64,000 bases of DNA, taken from Candidatus Latescibacterota bacterium (GTDB taxonomy: Bacteria > Latescibacterota > UBA2968 > UBA8231). Position 1 is the first letter of the stretch. The number at the start of each line of letters is the position of its first letter. The DNA lies in assembly GCA_022820485.1 (NCBI GenBank), contig JAJEFJ010000104.1, forward strand, positions 52,968 through 116,967. The letters are read 5' to 3'. The translations under genes were made by a program, and so were the position numbers. This document shows, one piece after another, positions 17,558 to 25,997 of this stretch. The notes under the pieces are model-generated. The model searched no databases, was not told the DNA's origin, and saw only the letters and a program-made list of their open reading frames with translations.

Positions 17558-19222
17558 TTATCCCTCGACGTCGTTCCAGTCCAGTAATCGGTCGACAGCA
17601 GAATCCGTAACCCTCTCCCCATCCAGAAACACGTTGGGAATTCCCCCCCCATAGAAGCGGACATGTTCCTTGTCGAACAGCTCCTGTGCCGCCTTCAGAG
17701 TTACTCTTGCGCTACATTCTATGCTTCCTAGGTCACATAACTCTGAGGGACCGAGCCAGCGCTGGTCACCTTTCGTACCGACAACAACGCTGCACTTGAC
17801 GGGCCGTTCATATCCTCGGCTGCGACGAGCGGCGAAAAAGGCACGATAGTCTACGTCGTCCGGAGGCAGCGAATAGCCCATGAACACAATATGATTGGCT
17901 TCCTGGACAACGGAGCGTAGGTCGCGCTGGATTTCTTCGATAAACGGCGGCGGCGCACCTTTGAAATTGCTCTGCAGCACGATCTGGGTATGGTGAGCAT
18001 AAGTTAGTGTATCGCAATTCACGCACTCACGAGCATCGACGATGCCTCTCTCACATTCCTCGATTTCCTTTTTGTTTTCGTAATGTGGAAACTTCACATC
18101 CTCCGGGACGAAACTCTTGAGTGGCGGCGGTAAAATCAGGACGGACGAATCCTTTTCCCACTGATCTCCTAGATAAGACGACAGCTTTCCGCAATCGGGG
18201 CATTCGCGCCACGTCACGCAGCCGTGAGGATAAAGAAACTTGCTGATCCGGATACGGTCGCTGGCACCATGATCGGGGTCGTTCAATCGCTGCGCCGCCG
18301 CTTCGTTCATCGGATGCCAGCGGGTCCCTGGATTTCTTGCACTGATTCGCGTCGAGGGTATTAAATGCCCAAGGTCATGGAAAATCTGTAGCCTGTGAGC
18401 CGGGATTCCGACATGGGGTACGGCCGGGCTCTGGTTCAAATTGCGATTGGCAATGGACTGAAGCCACAGGGCGATGGGATCGTAGTTCAGGCTGGCAAAG
18501 CTGACGTCGCCCATATAGAATTTTCGACTATCGTGAGGGTGATTTGCCTTTTCCAAACCCTGCCGTTGCATGCGCCTGCCGAGCGCTTCGGCAAAGTCAT
18601 AGTGGCGTTCCAGTTCCTGCTTTTTTCCCCCATCTTGCCGAAGCACCTGCCAATCGATGTAGAACATCGCCAGGATCAATAACTTCAGGGCATTGCGAGC
18701 TACCGTCACTCGTTGAGGGGTCAGGAATTCGTTTTCTTTAACGCGGAATCCATGGCCGCTTCGACCGTGTATATCCAGAATGTTGAAAAGGTCCGTGAGA
18801 AAATGGGCACCCGCACCATCCGCTCCTTGCTCAACCGGAGAGACCTTGATGACATCCTTCAGGGCAGGCCAGTCATACAACGTGCGCAAGGTCAGGATGC
18901 GGTCCCGAATCTCGTCATCATCAGCCCCGACGGACCAGTTGCGGCGCATGGCGTCCATTTGCTGATCGGTGACCATTGTGAGTTGGGTGTGATGTTCTTC
19001 GTTCTCATCACCGAGGATGGTCAGCAGATCGACAAGCGCCGAAATCCAAGGTTCCGCCCCATCGCCCACTGCATTGGCAACACGTTGTCTTAATGGCGGC
19101 GAACCTTTCTCACCGCTTGCAAGATCGTACAGAAAATCTCCCTGCTGCTCGGTTAGCCGCATGCCGAGCGTTGCGGTCGCACCAGCCCCCCAGAAGATGA
19201 CCGTGCGGGTATCTTGGGTCAT
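17558..19222 (-). CDS. SIR2 (sirtuin)-like family protein with large insertions
   Basis: The start is taken at the internal ATG (MTQDTRTVIFWGAGAT) abutting the upstream small gene. The sirtuin landmarks occur in order: GAGAT, SLNYDP (TQNID/NYD-like), HG followed by CPDC...CVNC (catalytic His plus the Zn ribbon Cx2C...Cx2C), and IVFMGYSLPPDD (GTSL-like). This is a domain-level call with no close full-length homologue recognised. Confidence 0.55.
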   Translation of the reverse strand: MTQDTRTVIFWGAGATATLGMRLTEQQGDFLYDLASGEKGSPPLRQRVANAVGDGAEPWISALVDLLTILGDENEEHHTQLTMVTDQQMDAMRRNWSVGADDDEIRDRILTLRTLYDWPALKDVIKVSPVEQGADGAGAHFLTDLFNILDIHGRSGHGFRVKENEFLTPQRVTVARNALKLLILAMFYIDWQVLRQDGGKKQELERHYDFAEALGRRMQRQGLEKANHPHDSRKFYMGDVSFASLNYDPIALWLQSIANRNLNQSPAVPHVGIPAHRLQIFHDLGHLIPSTRISARNPGTRWHPMNEAAAQRLNDPDHGASDRIRISKFLYPHGCVTWRECPDCGKLSSYLGDQWEKDSSVLILPPPLKSFVPEDVKFPHYENKKEIEECERGIVDARECVNCDTLTYAHHTQIVLQSNFKGAPPPFIEEIQRDLRSVVQEANHIVFMGYSLPPDDVDYRAFFAARRSRGYERPVKCSVVVGTKGDQRWLGPSELCDLGSIECSARVTLKAAQELFDKEHVRFYGGGIPNVFLDGERVTDSAVDRLLDWNDVEG

Positions 19223-19576
19223 TTGACAGACAGAGCCGGTACCGTAATGCCGATCAACTTCAACTTCAACTTCTTGCCATCTTTTTTGCATTTCACTTTC
19301 ACGTCAACTGCGCTCCCTTTCGTGGCAGTATCCAACAATGCGGTGTTCATCTTGGAATTATTTAATTTTAGCTTAACTGAATTCAGACATTTTTTGATGG
19401 CTAGAACCTTAACGGCATTGCGTGACTTGGTCTTACGACCCTTGGAAAGAAATACAGCATACTCCTTCCCTTGGTGATTCACGCAATGATCTTTATCAGG
19501 AACAAAAAATACAACCCCTTTTCTTTTTTCTTGAATTTTGAGATGAATAATTCCTGTTGATTCGTAACGTTTAGAC
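19219..19576 (-). CDS. Small Lys-rich basic hypothetical protein (~119 aa), very low GC
   Basis: AAAGGAG lies 7 nt upstream of the ATG at 19576 (MSKRYESTG...). The C-terminal tail is K-rich (KVKCKKDGKKLKLKL). Its stop abuts the SIR2-like start, so the two are likely co-transcribed. GC is ~38% against the ~60% backbone. Confidence 0.4.
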
Positions 19577-19787
19577 ATGGATTCTCTCCTTTCTGGAACG
19601 AGCCTGATGCGCATCTTAACCTTAATTAGTATCTCCGATTGGCGCAAAAAGGCATGCTAAGGTCGTCTCAGCGAACTCGGTGACGCCGAGGACTAGTGGA
19701 GAAGCTGACGGCTCTGGTCCCCACCTCGGCTCTATTTCCTTTCATATTGAGCGGGCATCAGCGTTTCGCAAAATGAGAAGGCACTAG

Positions 19788-19991
19788 GTGTTCGAAGGGG
19801 TGAATCCGTACGACTACCTGATGGAGCAGCATCCGGCTGACGCCGTGCGGATGTCCGCGCTCCTCATCAGTCTGTGCGAGATCAACTATGACAAATGTCG
19901 GGACTTGGGATTTGCCTTTACTATGGGAATTATACATGTTACCAAGTCCATACTTTTCAACTATATAGGAGCCTTTAAGGGCGGCGATTGA
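19788..19991 (+). CDS. Hypothetical small protein (67 aa), uncertain
   Basis: This ORF lies directly upstream of, and stop/start coupled with, the type IIG gene. It has no recognisable motifs and could be a leader ORF or not expressed. Confidence 0.2.
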   Translation: MFEGVNPYDYLMEQHPADAVRMSALLISLCEINYDKCRDLGFAFTMGIIHVTKSILFNYIGAFKGGD

Positions 19992-19993
19992 CT

Positions 19994-22900
19994 ATGTATC
20001 AAATAGATTACAACGATCCGAAATACCAAGCAGCAGCGGCGGCGATTCTGCAACGGCACGACAATAATGAACCCGAGGCTAATATCACTAGTGCGGTGCG
20101 GGACTTTTTGCTCTGCACGGGATTGGTTGATGCAAATAAAGTCGCCGAGGAAGTGTCGCCATCGGACCGCTCGGTGCGCGCTGTGGATTTGAGGGCGTCA
20201 AATACGTTTATCGAAATCAAGAAGCGCATCGGCACGACCGGAGGCTTTAATCCCAATGAAATCTATGTGAAGCAGTTGGATGAATACTTGGCGGAATCCA
20301 TGACGTACGGGCGGAGAGCGCGGATGGGTGTCCTCACAGACGGGAGGTACTGGCTCCTACGCTGGCCGAATGCCGGCAAGGTCAAAACGACTAGGCCCTA
20401 TGCTTTTACCCTAGAATCGGCGGCTGACTGGCTGCTTTTGTACGAGTGGCTACGCGACAAGGTCATCGGTACGCAGGACGAAATTCCAGCTCAGCGCACT
20501 GAGGTCGAGCAGAACTTTGGGCCCAACAGCCCGTTGTATCGATGGGATATTGACGGCCTTAACGTGCTCTACCAAGGGGCGAAGGACCGCGAAACCGTCC
20601 GAGTCAAGTGCCGTCTATGGGAAACCTTGTTGCGAGCGGCATTGGGCGAGATCGCTCAGACGCCCGACGAGCTAGACGATCTGTTTGTCCGACACACGTA
20701 CCTAAGCATGGTCATCGGCATGGTGGTACAGGCGTACTTTGGCATAGATATTCGGGAACGGGCTGCTAATGATCCAACGGACTTGCTCTACGGACGGCAG
20801 TTCCGCGATGACACCGGCCTACAAGACATTATTGAGTCCGATTTCTTTACGTGGCCTGCCGAAGTGGGTGGGGAATCGCTCATTGAGCGGATGGCTGAGC
20901 ATGTAGCCCGCTTTAACTGGAAGGAAGCACCCCCCGACATCGCCGCTACTTTATATGAAGCGATTATTCCTCCGGATGAGCGCCGCCAGTTGGGCGAGTA
21001 TTATACCCCAGAATGGCTGGCGCAGGAGATGGTACAGGAGGTAGTAACGGACCCGCTCCGCCAACGGGTTCTCGACCCGTCTTGTGGCTCCGGCACGTTT
21101 GTCGCCGTTTCGGTGCGCCACTTTGTCGAAGCGGCCACAGAAGAGGCGTTGGAGCGACTGCGCGAGGCGGTGATGGGTATTGACGTGCATCCGGTAGCGG
21201 TACGGCTGGCCCGCACGGCTTGGGTGATGGCAGCGCGGCCCCTCCTTGAGGCGGCCGCCGAGGCCGGGTATGAGGGGAACGTGGCGATACCCGTGTATTT
21301 GGGAGACGCCTTGCAGTTGCACTACCAAACCGGTGACTTGTTTGTCGGCGGGGATATAGGCATTGAGGTGGAGGGCGATGAGTTCGACAAAAGGCTAATT
21401 TTCCCGATTCGTTTGGTGGAGCAAGCCGACACGTTTGATCGGCTGATGAGCGACGTTGCCGATGCGATTGAGCGCGGCCATGATCCGCTAGTTGCGCTGG
21501 ACGACCACGGGATTACGGACCCGGACCAGCGACAGACGCTGGCGACGACGATCGCGATCATGCAGGATTTACACGCCGAAGGGCGCAATCACATCTGGGC
21601 GTATTACACGCGCAATTTGGTCCGTCCGGTGGCGTTAAGCCGCCACAAGGTCGATGTGATTGTCGGCAACCCGCCGTGGCTGAACTATCGCAATACCGCT
21701 AGCGTGCTGCGCGACAAGCTGGTGCAGCAGAGCAAGGAGCTGTATCACATCTGGCAGGGGGGGCGCTATGCAACGCATCAAGATGTCGCCGGACTTTTCT
21801 TTGCCCGTAGCGTCGCGCTCTACCTGAAAGCTGGCGGCACTATCTCCATGGTGTTGCCACACAGCGCATTGCAAACCGGGCAATATGCCAAGTGGCGCAC
21901 GGGACGATGGGGCGATTTGGCGGTGAATTTCGGCTGCAAAACGGCGTGGGATCTGGAAAAACTCGAACCCAACACGTTTTTTCCGGTCGCATCGTGTGTC
22001 GTGTTTGCCGAGCGGATGGATGAATTGGCCCCAGCGACACCCTTGACCGGCGAGGTCGAGCAATGGCAAGGGACGACCGGGGCGAAGGATGTGTGGCGGG
22101 AGCGGATGGCCATTACCGACACGTCGGTTAGTGGAACATCGCCATACGCGGATCGCTTTCGGCAGGGCGCTTCCATCGTGCCGCGCTGTCTTTTCTTTGT
22201 CCATGAAGTCGAAGGCACTACCCTTGTTAGAGCCGCGCAAACCGTTAAGGTGGAGCCACGCCGAGGTCGCAATGACAAAGCACCGTGGAAGACGCTTGAT
22301 CTGACCGCCATCACCGGGCAGACGATAGAGAAAGCGCACTTATTTGACGTTCACTTGGGAGAGACGGTGGTGCCCTACGCGACCTTACCCCCGCTGAAAG
22401 CCCTGTTGCCCTTAAAACGAAACGACAATGAACTGCCTGTGGATCCCAATGGGACGGGAGGCATTCATCTCGGTGGGTTGGAACAGCGGATGCGGGGACG
22501 GTGGCAGCAGGTCAGTGCATTATGGGAGTTGCATAAAGGGGCTAATAACTCCAAGAGCTTGCTACATTGGTTGGACTATCATGGCAAACTCTCGGCGCAA
22601 CTCGAATGGCGAAAGAATGACAAGGGCACTCCTATTCGCGTGGTGTACACCTCAGCAGGGGAACCTACGGCTGCGATTATTGCTGACAGGGACACCATTA
22701 TTGACTACAAGTTATTCTGGATAACTTGTAAGGACATGCAGGAGGCTCACTACTTACTCGCCATCATTAACAGCCGCACCCTATATGAAGCGGCTCAACC
22801 GTTGATGTCCAAGGGTCAGTTTGGAGCGCGTGATTTACAGAAGCATCTGTGGAAATTGCCGATACCAGAATACGATGAAACGAACCGCTTGCATCAGGAG

Positions 22901-23077
22901 ATAGCGATGGCCGGTCAAGCAGCCGCCAGCGAGGCCGCCCAGCAATTGCAAAACCTATACAAGCAACGCGGCGATGCGGTCAGCACGACCGTCGTTCGCC
23001 GCGAATTGCGCGGGTGGCTCGCCCAATCGGACGAAGGCAAGCAAGTAGAGACGCTAGTAAAACGACTATTGGCGTAA
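19994..23077 (+). CDS. Type IIG/IIL restriction-modification enzyme (MmeI-like: N-terminal PD-(D/E)xK nuclease + gamma N6A-methyltransferase + C-terminal TRD)
   Basis: The N-terminal segment VDLRASNTFIEIKK carries a D...ExK motif. The methyltransferase motifs are GEYYTPEWLAQEMV (motif X), VLDPSCGSGTFV (motif I) and VIVGNPPWLNY (motif IV). ~350 aa of C-terminal TRD follow. The start is at ATG 19994 or TTG 19988. Confidence 0.7.
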   Translation: MYQIDYNDPKYQAAAAAILQRHDNNEPEANITSAVRDFLLCTGLVDANKVAEEVSPSDRSVRAVDLRASNTFIEIKKRIGTTGGFNPNEIYVKQLDEYLAESMTYGRRARMGVLTDGRYWLLRWPNAGKVKTTRPYAFTLESAADWLLLYEWLRDKVIGTQDEIPAQRTEVEQNFGPNSPLYRWDIDGLNVLYQGAKDRETVRVKCRLWETLLRAALGEIAQTPDELDDLFVRHTYLSMVIGMVVQAYFGIDIRERAANDPTDLLYGRQFRDDTGLQDIIESDFFTWPAEVGGESLIERMAEHVARFNWKEAPPDIAATLYEAIIPPDERRQLGEYYTPEWLAQEMVQEVVTDPLRQRVLDPSCGSGTFVAVSVRHFVEAATEEALERLREAVMGIDVHPVAVRLARTAWVMAARPLLEAAAEAGYEGNVAIPVYLGDALQLHYQTGDLFVGGDIGIEVEGDEFDKRLIFPIRLVEQADTFDRLMSDVADAIERGHDPLVALDDHGITDPDQRQTLATTIAIMQDLHAEGRNHIWAYYTRNLVRPVALSRHKVDVIVGNPPWLNYRNTASVLRDKLVQQSKELYHIWQGGRYATHQDVAGLFFARSVALYLKAGGTISMVLPHSALQTGQYAKWRTGRWGDLAVNFGCKTAWDLEKLEPNTFFPVASCVVFAERMDELAPATPLTGEVEQWQGTTGAKDVWRERMAITDTSVSGTSPYADRFRQGASIVPRCLFFVHEVEGTTLVRAAQTVKVEPRRGRNDKAPWKTLDLTAITGQTIEKAHLFDVHLGETVVPYATLPPLKALLPLKRNDNELPVDPNGTGGIHLGGLEQRMRGRWQQVSALWELHKGANNSKSLLHWLDYHGKLSAQLEWRKNDKGTPIRVVYTSAGEPTAAIIADRDTIIDYKLFWITCKDMQEAHYLLAIINSRTLYEAAQPLMSKGQFGARDLQKHLWKLPIPEYDETNRLHQEIAMAGQAAASEAAQQLQNLYKQRGDAVSTTVVRRELRGWLAQSDEGKQVETLVKRLLA

Positions 23078-23114
23078 TCCGATTATATTTCTACTCATAC
23101 AACAAGGCTTGTGA

Positions 23115-23519
23115 ATGCCGATACCTTTCGAGTTGATTTTGGAACAGGCTCCGGTGTCTTCCCAAACCCGCCGCAGGCAGAGATTCCACGAGTGGCGACA
23201 AGATTTGGAAAGGGCCACCAGACTGGTCTGGGATACGGAGGCACCTGTTGCCGTTCCGGTATCGGTCACAATCACTTACTTCTTTGACGACACGCCAGTT
23301 GATGTTGATAATATCCCGAAACCTATCCTCGACGCTTTGAAAGGATTGGTATTTCGGGATGATTCTCAGGTGTACGACCTACTTTGTCGCAAGAGAAATA
23401 GAGCTGATAACTTGCGGATCGAAGGGCCATCGCAAGGCTTGCTCGCTGCTCTCGACAATTCTAGGCAAGTACTTCACATTAAAGGGACCGCCGCCCAGAA
23501 TCAGGAGATAGCATTTTGA
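23115..23519 (+). CDS. RusA-family Holliday junction resolvase-like endonuclease
   Basis: 134 aa. The signature is FFDDTPVDVDNIPKPILDALKGLVFRDDSQVYDL (D-x-D-N, K, DAL, DD). Its stop overlaps the next gene's start as ATGA. Confidence 0.65.
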   Translation: MPIPFELILEQAPVSSQTRRRQRFHEWRQDLERATRLVWDTEAPVAVPVSVTITYFFDDTPVDVDNIPKPILDALKGLVFRDDSQVYDLLCRKRNRADNLRIEGPSQGLLAALDNSRQVLHIKGTAAQNQEIAF

Positions 23520-24187
23520 TAAGCAATGCAACCAATGCTGAATACCTTCTTGCTCTTAAAACAGCACAGGAATATCGGAGCAAAGGCTACGATGTTTCGA
23601 CAGAGGTGCTTCTCGACTTCTTTCCCAACTTCCAAGCTGACCTAGTTGTACGGAAGGGCGACGAGTCGAAGATAATTGAGGTGAGGTCTCGGTCCTCACT
23701 GGCCGCGGACCGTAGAATCAGCGAATTGGCAAATATCATAGACTCAAAGCCGGGTTGGACCTTCGAATTGATTCTGGTGAGTGAGCCTGAGAGTCGTGAT
23801 GCACCTGCTGGTGCGAGGTCTTTCGAAAGCGAAAGCATCCTCCAACGAATTGAACAAGCCGAGAAAGCCCTGCAATCAGATATTCCCGAAGCGGCTTTCA
23901 TGCTTGCGTGGTCAGCTTGTGAGGCTGCGATTCGAGCATTGGTGTCAAACGAAGGAGTTTCAAAGCCGGGTATCACCTCGGCGAGTTACGTCCTTGACCA
24001 AGCGCGTTACTTGGGGGTTATCTCAAAGGACGAGTATCTCAAGCTGACTGACTTGCATAAATATAGAAACGCGATTGCCCACGGGTTTAGCCACGACGAC
24101 TTGGGTATCGAGATGGTTTTGGAATTGATCGAGACTGCTCGTAGATTGACGAACGAGCAGAGCACAGAGGAATATGCCCAAACTTGA
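23516..24187 (+). CDS. Two-domain protein: N-terminal restriction-endonuclease-like (Mrr_cat/Hjc-like) domain + C-terminal HEPN domain
   Basis: The N-terminus has KGYDV...QADLVVRKGDESKIIEVRS...TFELILVSE, a D...E-x-K/R pattern like Mrr_cat. The C-terminus has KYRNAIAHG, which matches the HEPN R-x4-H motif in a helical context. It is coupled to RusA by a 4-bp overlap. Confidence 0.5.
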   Translation: MISNATNAEYLLALKTAQEYRSKGYDVSTEVLLDFFPNFQADLVVRKGDESKIIEVRSRSSLAADRRISELANIIDSKPGWTFELILVSEPESRDAPAGARSFESESILQRIEQAEKALQSDIPEAAFMLAWSACEAAIRALVSNEGVSKPGITSASYVLDQARYLGVISKDEYLKLTDLHKYRNAIAHGFSHDDLGIEMVLELIETARRLTNEQSTEEYAQT

Positions 24188-25865
24188 ATCCCCCACCGGC
24201 ATCGACCGCAACCTAACCCACTACGCCGACCCCGGCTTTAGCCGCTACCTACGCCGCGCTTTCCTCGCGTCGGCTGGCTACGACGAGGCCGATTTAGAGC
24301 GGCCCGTCGTCGGCATCGCCGATACCTCATCCGACTACACCACCTGCCATCGCGCCATGCCCCAGCTCGTAGAAGCCGTCAAACGCGGCGTGCTAGAAGC
24401 GGGCGGCCTACCCCTCGTCTTTCCAACCCTTTCCCTCGGCGAAATCCTCCTCTCCCCCACCGCCATGCTCTACCGCAACCTCATGGCCATGGCGACCGAG
24501 GAAATGATCACCGCCCAGCCCATGGACGCGGTCGTGCTACTCGGCGGCTGCGACAAAACACTGCCAGCCCAACTCATGGCCTCGGCTTCCGCGTCCGTGC
24601 CCGCCATCCACCTCGTCGCCGGGCCAATGCTGGCCGGAGACTGGCGCGGCGAGCGCTTGGGTGCCTGCACGGATTGCCGCCGCTACTGGGCACAGCACCG
24701 GGCCGGTGCGCTCGACGCCGAAGAAATCGCCGCTGTCGAGCAGAATCTGTGTCCAACCGCCGGAACCTGCATGGTCATGGGCACGGCCTCAACCATGGCC
24801 TGCGTGACCGAAGCCCTCGGGCTAATGCTGCCGGGCGCAGCTACCCCACCCGCAGTCTCCGGCCAGCGCCTGCGGCTCGGAGTCGCCACAGGCCGCCGGG
24901 CCGTAGCCTTAGCCGCCGACGGCCGCTCGGCGCGAGACATACTAACGCCAGCAGCCTTTGCCAACGCGCTCAAGGTGCTGGCTGCACTAAGCGGCTCGAC
25001 GAATGCGGTCGTGCATTTGCTCGCCATTGCGCGCCGGGCCGGTGTGGATCTGTCGCTAGACGACTTCCACACCACAGCCCAACAAGTGCCGCTGCTGGTC
25101 GATTGCAAGCCAGCGGGCACTGGGTACATGGAGGATTTCGACAAGGCCGGCGGCGTGCCCGTCCTGCTCAAGGCACTGGAGCCGATGCTTGACCTCGATA
25201 CAATAGGCGTCAGCGGCCAAACCCTCGGCGCACTCTTGCAGGACGTGGCCGCGCCCGGCGATTGGCAAACCGCGATCCGCACCTTGGACGCGCCGCTGGG
25301 GCCAGCGTCGTCTCTCGTAGTGCTAAAAGGCTCGCTCGCGCCAGACGGAGCCGTCTTGAAAAAGGCCACCTCTTCCCCACACTTGCACAAGCACCGAGGG
25401 CCAGCCATCGTATTCGAGGGGCCAGACGATGCCGCGCGCGTTGACGACCCCGCCTTGGGCATTACGCCGGAACACGTGCTGGTGCTGCGCGGAGCCGGGC
25501 CGGTCGCCCTCGGAATGCCCGAAGCTGGGTCCATGCCCTTGCCCAAGCACCTCGCCGCCCAAGGAGTCACGGACATGGTGCGCATCTCCGATGGACGGAT
25601 GAGCGGCACGGCGTATGGAACGGTCGCTTTGCACGTAGCGCCGGAAGCGACCGTCGGCGGGCCGCTGGCACTCGTCCGCGACGGCGACCTGATCGAGTTG
25701 GACGTAGAAGCCGGGCGCTTAGATTTGTTAGTCCCCGAAGAAACCCTCGCCCACCGGCGGGCCGAATGGGTCGCACCCGCTGCGCCCGCCCGTGGATGGC
25801 GGCAGCTGTACGCCGAGCGCGTATTGCAGGCGAACTTGGGGGCGGATTTGGATTTTATGCCGTAG
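24174..25865 (+). CDS. IlvD/EDD-family dehydratase (dihydroxy-acid / sugar-acid dehydratase)
   Basis: 563 aa. The Fe-S ligand motifs CDKTLPAQ and CPTAGTC are present, along with GGCDK and a C-terminal SDGRMSG-like pattern. Confidence 0.8.
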   Translation: MPKLESPTGIDRNLTHYADPGFSRYLRRAFLASAGYDEADLERPVVGIADTSSDYTTCHRAMPQLVEAVKRGVLEAGGLPLVFPTLSLGEILLSPTAMLYRNLMAMATEEMITAQPMDAVVLLGGCDKTLPAQLMASASASVPAIHLVAGPMLAGDWRGERLGACTDCRRYWAQHRAGALDAEEIAAVEQNLCPTAGTCMVMGTASTMACVTEALGLMLPGAATPPAVSGQRLRLGVATGRRAVALAADGRSARDILTPAAFANALKVLAALSGSTNAVVHLLAIARRAGVDLSLDDFHTTAQQVPLLVDCKPAGTGYMEDFDKAGGVPVLLKALEPMLDLDTIGVSGQTLGALLQDVAAPGDWQTAIRTLDAPLGPASSLVVLKGSLAPDGAVLKKATSSPHLHKHRGPAIVFEGPDDAARVDDPALGITPEHVLVLRGAGPVALGMPEAGSMPLPKHLAAQGVTDMVRISDGRMSGTAYGTVALHVAPEATVGGPLALVRDGDLIELDVEAGRLDLLVPEETLAHRRAEWVAPAAPARGWRQLYAERVLQANLGADLDFMP

Positions 25866-25934
25866 GGGCAACCCTCGTGGTTGCCCTTTCTTTGCACCCA
25901 ACGGGTATCGGGCATCCACAAGAGATGCCCCTAC
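25862..25934. repeat. Palindromic intergenic element, copy 3 (degenerate, lacks the terminal TTACGCAT repeats)
   Basis: gtaggggcaaccctcgtggttgccc (25862-25886) and gggcatccacaagagatgcccctac (25910-25934) are related to the arms of copies 1 and 2. The element overlaps the IlvD-family gene's stop codon and probably acts as its terminator hairpin. Confidence 0.4.
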
Positions 25935-25997
25935 ATATACCGGCACATGGCCTGTCCTTACGAGGTCGTAGCATCTAAACAACGCAAGGAGGAATAC

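Noticed and set aside
23115-23519. Prophage inferred from the RusA-like gene
   Set aside because: No integrase, terminase, capsid, tail or lysis genes occur within 20 kb. The neighbours are RM and HEPN genes, so a defence-island context is more parsimonious.
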